A stretch of DNA of 64,000 nt. It comes from Deltaproteobacteria bacterium (GTDB lineage: Bacteria; Desulfobacterota; JBBIRW01). The notes beneath the pieces were generated by a model. It saw nothing but the letters and a program-made list of their open reading frames with translations, searched no databases and had not been told where the DNA came from. The position numbers and the translations under genes are program-made. The stretch lies in contig JBBIRW010000006.1 of assembly GCA_037441565.1 (NCBI GenBank), forward strand, positions 71,441 to 135,440. Direction: 5' to 3'. Of this stretch, positions 21,837-31,778 are shown piece after piece (position 1 is the first letter of the stretch; every line of letters begins with the position of its first letter).

Positions 21837-21917
21837 AGGGTATTATCTGAAAAATCTGGTATGAAATGAAAATTGGGGAGGATATTGAGTCCGCCCAATT
21901 TTTTTTGATAATTTAAT

Positions 21918-21937
21918 ATTCAATTGATCAATTGAAT
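21918..21937. promoter_or_regulatory. Perfect 20-bp palindrome, probable ArsR operator
   Basis: ATTCAATTGATCAATTGAAT immediately upstream of the ArsR-rhodanese gene. Confidence 0.7.
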
Positions 21938-21943
21938 TCTTAT

Positions 21944-22606
21944 ATGAATACAGGAATGGATTTTAAGAACAGATTGTTTGAATATTTCGCAATCGTTGCA
22001 AGGGCGCTTTCCAGCCCTAAAAGACTCGAGATCATAGATGTTCTTTGCCATGGCGAGAGAACCGTTGAGACCCTTGCAAAGGAGGTTGCTATAACCCTTG
22101 CAAATGCATCACGGCATCTTCAGATCCTGAAGGCTTCGCACCTCGTCGAGGCAAGAAGGGAAGGGACCTTTATCTACTACAGGCTTGCCGATGATTGCAT
22201 AAAGGATTTCTGGTTTTCATTAAGGGAACTTGGGAGGAGGAGAATCGCTGAGATTGAACAGCTTATAAATGCATTTTTTAAATCCCGTGATGAGCTCGAA
22301 CCAGTTGATAGAAATGAGCTCCTCGAACGATTGAAAACAGGAAGGGCTATCCTAATTGATGTACGTCCAAAGGAGGAATACCTCTCGGGGCATATCCCTG
22401 GTGCTATTTCTATTCCCATAAAAGAGCTTGAATCCCGTCTTAAAGAGCTTCCATGTGATGTGGAGATTGTTGCATATTGCAGGGGTCCTTACTGTGTATT
22501 TTCCGTTGAGGCAGTAAATATCCTAAGGAAAAATGGCTTCTCTGCCCGTCGGCTTCGAGAAGGGATTCATGAGTGGAGATCCCTTGGCCTTCCTCTCGAA
22601 AGATAA
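21944..22606 (+). CDS. ArsR-family regulator fused to a rhodanese domain
   Basis: ALSSPKRLEI...ASRHLQIL HTH; DVRP, GHIPGA, YCRGPYC; start ATG 21944 or 21956. Confidence 0.88.
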   Translation: MNTGMDFKNRLFEYFAIVARALSSPKRLEIIDVLCHGERTVETLAKEVAITLANASRHLQILKASHLVEARREGTFIYYRLADDCIKDFWFSLRELGRRRIAEIEQLINAFFKSRDELEPVDRNELLERLKTGRAILIDVRPKEEYLSGHIPGAISIPIKELESRLKELPCDVEIVAYCRGPYCVFSVEAVNILRKNGFSARRLREGIHEWRSLGLPLER

Positions 22607-22641
22607 AGGATCGGATGGATAATTCAAAAGGTGTGTAAATT

Positions 22642-23881
22642 GTGAAAAGGCCTCTCGTTCTCGGTTTGAAGGAGAATATAGGACAATTTTCTCCCTCGTT
22701 CTTATAAATCTCTTCGTTGGAATGATGGTAGAACTGGAGAGGACCGTTGTGCCCCTCATCGGTGAACAGGAATTCGGACTTGCATCAAAGACAGCCATCG
22801 TTTCCTTTATTATAAGCTTTGGAATAACTAAAGCGCTCTGCAATTTCTTTGCAGCACGGATCTCAGAAACATGGGGAAGAAAGAAGGTTCTTCTCCTGAG
22901 ATGGATAATCGGGATTCCTGTTCCCTTTATAATTATATTTGCAGATAGATGGTTCTGGTTTGATGTGGCAAATGTGCTCCTTGGAATTAATCAGGCACTA
23001 TGCTGGTCAATGACGGTTATTATGAAGGTGGATCTTGTTGGTCCCGCAAGAAGGGGACTTGCCCTTGGTCTCAATGAATTTGCAGGTTATATTGCAGTGG
23101 GATTTACAGCATGGATCACAGGTTATATATCATCAGTTTACACATTAAGACCCCATCCTTTTTACATGGGGATTGGTGTTGCATTTGCAGGATTCATACT
23201 CTCCTTCCTCACCCGGGAAACAAAGCCCTATGCCTTACTTGAATCAAAGATTCAGGGCTCTTCATCATCAATAGATCTGAAGAAGCCATCCACGTGGAGG
23301 ATCTTTACCCATACCTCCTGGAATGATAAAGCCCTTTTTGCATGCTGCCAGGCAGGGCTTGTTAATAATCTGAATGATGGTATGTCATGGGGAATATACC
23401 CCCTCTTTTTCTCCAGTTTTGAACTTGGTGTGAGTGCAATTGGTGTTATCAAGGCAGTATATCCTGCAACATGGGGAGTGATCCAGGTATTAACAGGTCC
23501 CCTGAGTGATCGTTTTGGAAGAAAATGGTTGATATCATCAGGAATGATTGTTCAGGCCCTGGGGATCTGGCTAACTGTTTTGATTCTCAATATTACTTCT
23601 GGATTGCGGGTGCTTTCCTTCAGGGGCTTCGCACAGCAATGGTCTATCCCACACTGCTTGCTGCCATAAGCGATGTTGCCGATCCGGGATGGAGGGCAAC
23701 CTCCATGGGTGTCTACAGGCTCTGGCGTGATTCGGGTTATGCAGTTGGGGCACTGCTTTCAGGAATAATTGCGGATCTCCTCGGGATGGGATATGCAATC
23801 CATGTAGTTGCCTTAATTACGCTTCTGTCAGGAGTGATTGTTGCATTCTCCATGCCCGAAACACTCAGATTAAGGCGCTAA
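22642..23881 (+). pseudogene. MFS transporter split by two frameshifts
   Basis: LGLKENIGQF in one frame, LVLINLFVG...LSDRFGRK in a second, SQYYFW...TAMVYPTLLAAISDVA in a third; shifts near 22690 and 23580. Confidence 0.75.
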
Positions 23882-23974
23882 TGTTGAATTGGTCATCATA
23901 ATATTTTGCTTCAATACTCTATATATATGGATGGGAATTAAATTGAGACATTTAAAAGGGTAGAATAGACGTGA

Positions 23975-24529
23975 TTGATTCAGAAAAAGAACATTATTAT
24001 AATTATGCACAAACCCATGCCAGGATCGATTGTACTCTGGATATTTTTGATTGTAGGTATAATCATAATCCTGGTATTCTGGTCAGTTTATAGAAAATCA
24101 AGGGATGGCTCAAGGCATATAAGTAATCCTGAAAAAATAAGACTCGTCATATTTCTCGGTATCGCTCTGATTTCAGCCATATATACGATCTTCACTTTAC
24201 CGAAGAATCCATATTTCAGTTATGCAGAAAAGCTCCCCGATAAAGTTATACTTGTTGAAGCACGGATGTTTAACTGGAATCTTAGTGGACCCGTGGATGA
24301 TATAAGGCCTGGTGATGTAGTTGAGTTTAGAGTAACAAGCAGTGATGTAAATCATGGGTTTGGACTCTATAATCCGGAAGGTATCATTATTGCACAGGTT
24401 CAGGCTATGCCAGGCTATGAGAACCGTCTCAGGGTGAGGTTTGAAAAACCAGGTAATTATACAATATTATGCATGGAATATTGTGGGGCGGCCCACTCCT
24501 ATATGTCTGGAAAAATAAGTGTAAGGTGA
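23975..24529 (+). CDS. Heme-copper oxidase family subunit II (CuA), NorS-like
   Basis: Two TM helices; DVNHGF and CMEYCGAAHSYM CuA ligands; exact start uncertain. Confidence 0.88.
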   Translation: MIQKKNIIIIMHKPMPGSIVLWIFLIVGIIIILVFWSVYRKSRDGSRHISNPEKIRLVIFLGIALISAIYTIFTLPKNPYFSYAEKLPDKVILVEARMFNWNLSGPVDDIRPGDVVEFRVTSSDVNHGFGLYNPEGIIIAQVQAMPGYENRLRVRFEKPGNYTILCMEYCGAAHSYMSGKISVR

Positions 24530-24539
24530 GATCCCATCC

Positions 24540-25961
24540 ATGAAGAGGATTACAGCCCTCTGGATTATAACCGGTCTGATCATTTTTCAACTGATGGTAA
24601 TCTTCGGAATACTGATGAGATTGGGTCAGGCTGGTTTGATTAATGTTGATCCTTTAAGACATTTTCAGATTTTAACCCTTCATGGTCTCGGTATGGTTGG
24701 TATACTTTTTCCCCTCGCAATGGCTGGGGTTAACTATTTTTTGACAAGATATGTTAACAGTACTCTCTGGCCCAATGCAACTGGTTATTTATTTACTGTT
24801 ATCGGTATCGTTTTAATCCTTTTTACGGTTTTTATAGGAGGACTTCATACAGGATGGTATTTTCTTTACCCCCTTCCTTATTTTGCCAGAACAGAGCAGT
24901 GGGCAACGATTCTATTTTTAATATCAATTGCTATACTGGGCACTGGATGGTTCATATGGTCAGCTGGGATGCTTGGATCCATTCTGAAAAGATACCCACT
25001 TTTTCGTGCACTGGGATGGCATCATATAGCTGGCATGACAGAGCCGAATACACCTCCCTTTATCCTGATATTAACAACAACACTTATTGGAGTAATTACA
25101 TGCCTGATTGCAGGTGTTGCGCTGATTATTCTTTGGATTATGGAAATTATAAATATGGGGAACCCAGGATGGCTTGATCCACTGCTTATGAAAAATCTCA
25201 CCTTTCTGTTTGGACATACACTTGTTAACGAAATGCTATATTTGGGTGTTGCATCCGTTTATGAATTATTTCCTTCTTTTGCAGACAAACCACCATATCG
25301 AACAAAGAGTTATGTGGCAATTGCATGGAACCTGATCCCCCTTGTTGTTCTTTTTGCATACTTCCACCACCTTTATATGGACTTTGTTCAACCATTAACT
25401 TTTCAATTCATAGGACAGATCGCCTCATGGATAGCCCCGATCCCCGCTGTTGCAGTGACGTTATTTACGGTTCTCAACACTGTTTATGGGAGCAGGGTGA
25501 GATGGGATATGTCGGTATCCTTCTTCTTTCTTGGTATCCTTTTCTGGATGATAGGTGGAGTTGGTGCAATACTTGATGCAACAATTGCCAATAATTTTAT
25601 CCTCCATAATACACTATGGGTCCCTGCTCACTTTCATACCTACAACCTTCTCGGAAATGTTTTCTTTACCTGCGGATATATAAGTTACTTTATTGCTGAG
25701 GGAGGTGTTAATAGTAGGGGTATGTCATGGCTTCCATTTTTGATAAGCATTTTCGGCTTTGGGTTTATTCTGATGTTTTACATATCTGGTGCATACTCTG
25801 TTCCCAGAAGGTATAATTTTTATCCTGATATTGTATCAACAGGAAGATTATTGGCAGGATGGGGGGCAATATTTGCGACATTTGTCTTTATCCTGTTTGC
25901 CCTTTTTTCTGTTTATGTTATCAGTGCTTCCATTAAAATATTATGGGACAGAGGGAAATGA
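24540..25961 (+). CDS. Heme-copper superfamily subunit I, sNOR (NorY)-like NO reductase candidate
   Basis: Highly hydrophobic; TLHG, FGHTLVN (Tyr replaced by Asn), FHHLY, AHFH, VPRRY. Confidence 0.8.
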   Translation: MKRITALWIITGLIIFQLMVIFGILMRLGQAGLINVDPLRHFQILTLHGLGMVGILFPLAMAGVNYFLTRYVNSTLWPNATGYLFTVIGIVLILFTVFIGGLHTGWYFLYPLPYFARTEQWATILFLISIAILGTGWFIWSAGMLGSILKRYPLFRALGWHHIAGMTEPNTPPFILILTTTLIGVITCLIAGVALIILWIMEIINMGNPGWLDPLLMKNLTFLFGHTLVNEMLYLGVASVYELFPSFADKPPYRTKSYVAIAWNLIPLVVLFAYFHHLYMDFVQPLTFQFIGQIASWIAPIPAVAVTLFTVLNTVYGSRVRWDMSVSFFFLGILFWMIGGVGAILDATIANNFILHNTLWVPAHFHTYNLLGNVFFTCGYISYFIAEGGVNSRGMSWLPFLISIFGFGFILMFYISGAYSVPRRYNFYPDIVSTGRLLAGWGAIFATFVFILFALFSVYVISASIKILWDRGK

Positions 25962-26656
25962 TAATTATAATTTTTATGTTCCTTGCAATTCTGACTTCAG
26001 ATGCCTTCTGTTACACAGAAGAATATGCATATATAAATAAGAATGTTCCTGACATATCAATAGATTCACTCGAAGGAAGTTTCAGGCTCTCTGAAATTGT
26101 AAGTAAAAAGCCTGTTCTGATGACATTTATATACACAAGGTGTCCACAGGCATGTTATGTATATTTGAACAGGCTTTCTGAATTTTTCAAAAAGAGGGAG
26201 ATCTTTTATAACGTGGCTGTAATGAGTTTTGATCCGAGGGACAGCCTTGATGATATGGGGAAGCTCAGGCAAATCCTTGCAACTAACTGGATATTCGGGA
26301 TTTCAAAGGATATAGAGGCTCTTTTAAGGGAAGTGGGCTTCGAATATAAGGAGGTCGATGGCAATTACGATCATCCTTTTCTGCTTGTTGCTTTAGATAG
26401 AGATTTAAAAATTGTAAGAAGGGTTAAAGATTTTGATGGTATTGAGATCATTCCACAGATTGAAAAGGATTTAAGAGGGGAATTTACTCCAAGGAGTAAA
26501 TTCCAGAAGGGAGGATTTTTGAGCTGCTTCAGATATGATCCGGCAACAGGGGACTTAAGGATTAGCTGGGGGTATCTCCTTATACTGATACCACCAATTC
26601 TTACTTCACTTGTCGTTGGCGTGATATCTGTCCTTTCGAGAAGTCTGCATGGTTGA
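25958..26656 (+). CDS. SCO1/SenC copper chaperone
   Basis: YTRCPQAC, YDHPF, C-terminal TM; ATG overlaps the preceding TGA. Confidence 0.85.
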   Translation: MIIIIFMFLAILTSDAFCYTEEYAYINKNVPDISIDSLEGSFRLSEIVSKKPVLMTFIYTRCPQACYVYLNRLSEFFKKREIFYNVAVMSFDPRDSLDDMGKLRQILATNWIFGISKDIEALLREVGFEYKEVDGNYDHPFLLVALDRDLKIVRRVKDFDGIEIIPQIEKDLRGEFTPRSKFQKGGFLSCFRYDPATGDLRISWGYLLILIPPILTSLVVGVISVLSRSLHG

Positions 26657-26668
26657 GGGAATATATAA

Positions 26669-26869
26669 AATCTTTCATCACTTGCAGTTATTTTTCTTTC
26701 CTTTACGTTTTCAGCGCTTGCTTTGATCAGGTTGTTAATTTCAAGAAGACAGAGTAATACTTTAAGAAACATTTATATTGCAGTGCTTGTTCTGGGGATA
26801 ATCCTTCTCTTCATTCAGGGAAGTATTGGAGGAAGGATCGTCTATGATTACCTTATAAAGATGGACTGA
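26669..26869 (+). pseudogene. Start-less membrane-protein remnant (DUF2231-like C-terminus)
   Basis: Frame reads LSSLAVIFLSF...LLFIQGSIGGRIVYDYLIKMD*, preceded by in-frame TAA with no start codon before the first helix. Confidence 0.45.
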
Positions 26870-26935
26870 GCATCACTTTATCACGAAACCATAATACTTT
26901 ATAGAGATGGTTGCAACTCAAAGAGAAAGGGTTGA

Positions 26936-27020
26936 TGCCGAAGCCGGGAGTTGAACCCGGACGGGGAAATTCCCCACTAGACCCTGAATCTAGCGCGTCT
27001 GCCATTTCCGCCACTTCGGC
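26936..27020 (-). tRNA. tRNA-Leu(CAG), CCA not encoded
   Basis: GCCGAAG/CTTCGGC acceptor stem, CTAGA-TTCAGGG-TCTAG anticodon arm, long variable arm, GGTTCAACTCC T-loop. Confidence 0.95.
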
Positions 27021-27267
27021 ATCATTGATAATACTCATGGAAATTATTAGAATAATAATTGAATTTTGTCAAGGAAGTCGGGCATCTCATATATCATATG
27101 GAAAGCCATCCATTATTAAGCCACCCCGAAATTTCCATTGTTCTTCTTAATAATGAAGGGAGAAACTCGTTGACAGTCTGGAGTTTTTTGTGTTAACAAT
27201 AGGCTTCAAGGAATTTTAAATTTTGCAGGTATTCACACCGGATACCTGGAACATTTTGGAGGCAGAT

Positions 27268-28260
27268 ATGCCGAAAAAAATACTTGTCGCAGATGATAGT
27301 ATTACAATCCAGACGGTCTTCAGAATGACCCTATCAAAAGAGGATTACGATTTGACCATAGTGGGTGATGGAAAAGAGGCGCTGGAGAAGGCACAGCAGA
27401 TCCATCCTGATCTTATAATTGTTGATGCCAATATGCCTGAAAAGACCGGATATGAGATATGCGAGGCTATAAAAAGGGATCCAGTTCTAAAGGATATTCC
27501 TGTCCTTATCCTTGCCGGTGCGCTTGAGGGTATTGATGAAAAGACCTTCATAAGGGTTGGTGGTGATGGTTATCTTCTTAAACCCTTTGAAACAAAAGAA
27601 CTTTTTGCAAAGGTAAGGGAACTGCTTGAGAAGAAGGAAAGGGGTGTAATTGCTGTTCCCAGTGAAGAGGTAATAGAAGAAGAGAAGTTTGCTGAAGCAG
27701 CACCGAAGGAGGAGATTCCAGTTGAGAAAGAGCCAGCAGTAAAGGAGATCACCCCACCCGAGGAGGAAGTATGGGATTTCAGCGATCTTGTGGAAGAGGA
27801 GGAGTTTATGGAGGAGATAGAGGACAGAAGCATAGATCTCAGCGAATTAGAAGCTGAAGAGGTAACAGAGGGGGAAATGGAGACAATTATAGAAGGCGAA
27901 CCCATTGAGGAAGAGCTACCGGAGATCGAATTTGAAAAAGAGGCAATATCACTTGAGGAAGAAGGAGAAGGAATCCCTGAAATAGCAGAGGAATTATATA
28001 TCGAAGAGGAGATACCTAAGAAAGAAGAACCTGTAAAGGAATTCATACGAGAGGAAGAGCCATCCATTTCTCATGAATTGCTTGAAATGAAAAGAAAAGA
28101 GCTTGTTGAGAAATTATCAAAAGAATTCTTCCCACATATCTCCGAACTTATCGTTGCAACAATAATTGAGAGGATAGAAAGGATAGCCTGGGAGGTTATT
28201 CCTGAAATAGCAGAGGCATTAGTGAAGGAGGAGATTCAGAGGATAAGACAGGCAAAATAA
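27268..28260 (+). CDS. RomR-like response regulator (receiver, Glu-rich linker, conserved C-terminal helix)
   Basis: ILVADDS, DANMP, LLKPF; acidic linker; ERIAWEVIPEIAEALVKEEI C-terminus; adjacent to valS. Confidence 0.75.
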   Translation: MPKKILVADDSITIQTVFRMTLSKEDYDLTIVGDGKEALEKAQQIHPDLIIVDANMPEKTGYEICEAIKRDPVLKDIPVLILAGALEGIDEKTFIRVGGDGYLLKPFETKELFAKVRELLEKKERGVIAVPSEEVIEEEKFAEAAPKEEIPVEKEPAVKEITPPEEEVWDFSDLVEEEEFMEEIEDRSIDLSELEAEEVTEGEMETIIEGEPIEEELPEIEFEKEAISLEEEGEGIPEIAEELYIEEEIPKKEEPVKEFIREEEPSISHELLEMKRKELVEKLSKEFFPHISELIVATIIERIERIAWEVIPEIAEALVKEEIQRIRQAK

Positions 28261-28274
28261 AAAAATTTCATAAA

Positions 28275-30956
28275 ATGGGGAGGGTTATGATTGAAAAGGT
28301 TTACAATCCTTCAAAAGTGGAGAGAAAGATCTATAGTTTCTGGGAAGGAAAGGGTATATTTACGGCTGATAATGAGTCAAAAAAACCCCCTTTTTCCATA
28401 GTAATTCCTCCCCCGAATGTTACGGGATCACTCCATATGGGCCATGCATTAAACAACACGCTTCAGGATATCGTGGTCAGATATAAAAGGATGAGGGGTT
28501 ACAATGTGCTATGGCTCCCGGGCACTGATCATGCAGGGATTGCAACGCAGAATGTGGTTGAAAGGGAGCTGGCAAAAGAAGGCCTGACAAGGCATGACCT
28601 CGGAAGGGAGAAATTTATCGAAAGGGTCTGGAGGTGGAAGGAGAAATATGGTGACATAATTATTGAACAGTTGAAGAGGCTGGGTGCATCATGCGATTGG
28701 AGTAGAAAGAAATTTACGATGGATGAAAACCTCTCTAAGGCAGTTAGAGAGGTTTTTGTGAGACTTTATGAAGAGGGATATATTTATAGGGACAACTACA
28801 TAATAAACTGGTGTCCAAGATGCCAGACAGCGCTTGCAGATATCGAGGTAGAGCATGAAGAGATTGATGGATTTCTTTATTACCTCAAATATCCCATTGC
28901 TCTAAAAGAAAATGAGTATATATGTGTTGCAACAACAAGACCGGAAACAATGCTCGGTGATACTGCAGTTGCTGTTAATCCTCATGATCCCCGATACAGA
29001 GATCTAATAGGCTCACTGGCTGTTCTTCCAATCATGGGGAGGCAGATCCCTATAATAGGTGATGAATCTGTTGAAATGGATTTCGGAACGGGTGCTGTAA
29101 AGGTTACACCGGCTCACGACTTCAGGGATTTTGAGATTGCAAAGAAACATGGCCTCGAGATCATAAGGGTAATGGATGATGTCGGGGTTATGAATGAAAA
29201 TGCGGGCAAATTCTGCGGAATGGATAGATTCCAGTGCAGGGAAGAGGTTATCGAAGAATTAAGGGAATTAAATCTTCTATCAAATATTGAAAGATACAGT
29301 TATCTTCTGGGTCACTGTTACAGATGCAAGAGCATTGTGGAGCCCCTTATTTCGAAGCAGTGGTTTGTTAAGACAAAACCCCTTGCAGAAGAGGCTATAA
29401 AGGCTGTTAAGGATGGAAGGACAAGGATAATCCCGGAGGGATGGCAGAAGATTTACTTTGATTGGCTCGAAGGGATAAGGGATTGGTGCATTTCAAGACA
29501 GATATGGTGGGGTCATCAGATACCTGCCTTGCATTGCAATTCCTGTTTAAAGACAACCGTAAGCAGAGAAGCAGTCTCACGCTGCCAGCATTGCGGATCC
29601 ACGGATATATACCAGGATCCGGATGTTCTTGATACATGGTTTAGCTCCGCACTGTGGCCTTTTTCTACACTGGGCTGGCCTGATAGAACAAAAGATCTTG
29701 AGATTTTCTATCCTACATCACTTCTTGTTACAGCTTTTGATATTCTTTTCTTCTGGGTCGCAAGGATGATGATGATGGGTATCAAATTTATGGGCGATGT
29801 CCCATTCCGCACCGTTTACATCCATGCACTCATAAGGGATGCTGAAGGTCAAAAGATGAGTAAATCTCGCGGGAATGTTATAGATCCACTAATAGTTATG
29901 GATAAATATGGAACGGATGCCTTCCGGTTTACACTAACAGCTATGGCAAGCCCTGGAAAAGATATAAAATTTTCTGAGGAAAGAATAGAAGGATATCGTA
30001 ATTTTGTTAATAAACTCTGGAATGCATCAAGATTTGTGCTCATCTCACTGAAGGATTTTAACCCATCATTCAAAGATTTCTCATATTCACTTCCTGATAG
30101 ATGGATCATGAGCAAAACAAACAAGACAATAAGGGAAGTAATACGTTCGCTCGAGGAATACCATTTTAATGAAGTATCTTATATCCTCTATCAATTTGTA
30201 TGGCATGAATTCTGTGACTGGTATGTTGAGATTGTAAAGGAAGATTTAAAAGAAAATGCAGATTATCACAGAAAATATACAGCCCAACATGTATTATTGA
30301 AAACAATTAAGGCCATCTTAAAGATGTTACATCCCATTATCCCATATGTTACAGAGGAGATATGGGGATATCTTCCAAAACTTCATGAGGAAAAGGAATG
30401 CATTGCAATCGAACCCTTTCCTCAGACAGACGAGTTTCCTCTGGATGAGATGGCAGAAAGGGAAATGGAGTTTTTAATGAACATTATAAGAAGTATAAGA
30501 AACATAAGATCAGAAATGAATATCCCTATATCCAGCAGAATTGATGTTTATTTCAGAGGTGAAGATCCATATAAGATTTTGCTCATTGAAAGATACCCAT
30601 CACTTATCAAAAACCTTGCTAAGGTTTCAAGGATATCATTTCTGGAAAAAGGTGGTGAGTTAAGATCATCAGCTGTTGCCATAACGGAGGGAATGGAGAT
30701 ATTTATTCCACTTGAGGGAATTATAAACCTTGACGAAGAGGAGAGGAGGTTGAGAAAGGAATTAAACGAGATCTCTGAGGAGCTTATTTTGGTTCAGAGA
30801 AAGCTCGCAAACGAAGAATTCTTGAGGAAGGCTCCTCAATCGGTGATAAAGAAGGAGAGGGAGAAGGAAAAGGAGATAGTGGAAATGAAAATGAAAGTTG
30901 AAGAGAATTTGAAAAAGATCATTAAATACAAAGGGAATCTGAGAAATAATGTTTAA
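28275..30956 (+). CDS. valS: Valine--tRNA ligase
   Basis: PPPNVTGSLHMGH, DWCISRQIWWGH, KMSKS, C-terminal coiled coil. Confidence 0.97.
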   Translation: MGRVMIEKVYNPSKVERKIYSFWEGKGIFTADNESKKPPFSIVIPPPNVTGSLHMGHALNNTLQDIVVRYKRMRGYNVLWLPGTDHAGIATQNVVERELAKEGLTRHDLGREKFIERVWRWKEKYGDIIIEQLKRLGASCDWSRKKFTMDENLSKAVREVFVRLYEEGYIYRDNYIINWCPRCQTALADIEVEHEEIDGFLYYLKYPIALKENEYICVATTRPETMLGDTAVAVNPHDPRYRDLIGSLAVLPIMGRQIPIIGDESVEMDFGTGAVKVTPAHDFRDFEIAKKHGLEIIRVMDDVGVMNENAGKFCGMDRFQCREEVIEELRELNLLSNIERYSYLLGHCYRCKSIVEPLISKQWFVKTKPLAEEAIKAVKDGRTRIIPEGWQKIYFDWLEGIRDWCISRQIWWGHQIPALHCNSCLKTTVSREAVSRCQHCGSTDIYQDPDVLDTWFSSALWPFSTLGWPDRTKDLEIFYPTSLLVTAFDILFFWVARMMMMGIKFMGDVPFRTVYIHALIRDAEGQKMSKSRGNVIDPLIVMDKYGTDAFRFTLTAMASPGKDIKFSEERIEGYRNFVNKLWNASRFVLISLKDFNPSFKDFSYSLPDRWIMSKTNKTIREVIRSLEEYHFNEVSYILYQFVWHEFCDWYVEIVKEDLKENADYHRKYTAQHVLLKTIKAILKMLHPIIPYVTEEIWGYLPKLHEEKECIAIEPFPQTDEFPLDEMAEREMEFLMNIIRSIRNIRSEMNIPISSRIDVYFRGEDPYKILLIERYPSLIKNLAKVSRISFLEKGGELRSSAVAITEGMEIFIPLEGIINLDEEERRLRKELNEISEELILVQRKLANEEFLRKAPQSVIKKEREKEKEIVEMKMKVEENLKKIIKYKGNLRNNV

Positions 30957-31776
30957 TATCGAAAATCTTATAGAGGATGCCCTGAGGGAAGATTTAGGTC
31001 ATGGAGATATAACGAGTCTTTCCATAGTAAGCAGAGGAACAAAGGCGGAGGCATGCATTGTTACACATGAAAATATAATCCTTGCTGGTAATTTTATACC
31101 TGAGTTGCTATACAGAAAACTGGACCCTGAAATAAAGATAACCTGCTATTATGATGATGGAGACCATATCAATTCGGGAAGTGAGATAATACGAATTAGC
31201 GGGGACGCAGCTTCCATTCTTATGGGTGAGAGGGTATGTCTGAATTTTCTTCAAAGACTCAGCGGAATAGCAACATACACAGCAAAATTTACAGAAAAGA
31301 TCAAAGGCTTTCCCGTAAAGATTCTTGATACAAGAAAAACAACTCCACTTCTTCGTCAACTTGAAAAATATGCTGTGAGGATGGGCGGTGGCCATAATCA
31401 CAGGATGGGCCTGTTCGATGGGATACTCATCAAGGACAATCATATAAAAATTGCAGGAGGCGTTAAGGAAGCTATAAGGCGCGTAAGGAAAAATAAAATC
31501 AACCCGCTTCTCAAAATAGAAGTTGAGGTCAGGAATTTAGATGAATTAAGGGATGCCATTGATGGGGGTGCAGATATAGTAATGCTGGATAATATGGGTG
31601 TTGATGAGATCAAGAAGGCTGTTTCAATTGCAAAGGGGAGGGTTATGATTGAGGTATCGGGCAGGATCACTCTTGAAAATATAAGGGATATTGCATCACT
31701 TGGAGTTGATTTCATTTCTGTTGGAGCCATAACTCACTCTGCCCCTTCAGCTGACTTAAGTATGGAGATTCTTTAA
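30949..31776 (+). CDS. nadC: Nicotinate-nucleotide pyrophosphorylase
   Basis: EDLGHGDIT, DTRKT, HRMGL, IKDNH, MLDN. Confidence 0.95.
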   Translation: MFNIENLIEDALREDLGHGDITSLSIVSRGTKAEACIVTHENIILAGNFIPELLYRKLDPEIKITCYYDDGDHINSGSEIIRISGDAASILMGERVCLNFLQRLSGIATYTAKFTEKIKGFPVKILDTRKTTPLLRQLEKYAVRMGGGHNHRMGLFDGILIKDNHIKIAGGVKEAIRRVRKNKINPLLKIEVEVRNLDELRDAIDGGADIVMLDNMGVDEIKKAVSIAKGRVMIEVSGRITLENIRDIASLGVDFISVGAITHSAPSADLSMEIL

Positions 31777-31778
31777 GC

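Noticed and set aside
24540-25961. Ordinary aa3/ba3 cytochrome c oxidase
   Set aside because: The cross-linking Tyr of helix VI is replaced by Asn.
26853-27150. Two short ORFs overlapping the tRNA
   Set aside because: Spurious translations of the tRNA-Leu gene.
27570-28067. Ser-rich antisense ORF, and similar antisense ORFs throughout the window
   Set aside because: Shadows of Glu/Lys-rich sense genes with no independent motifs.
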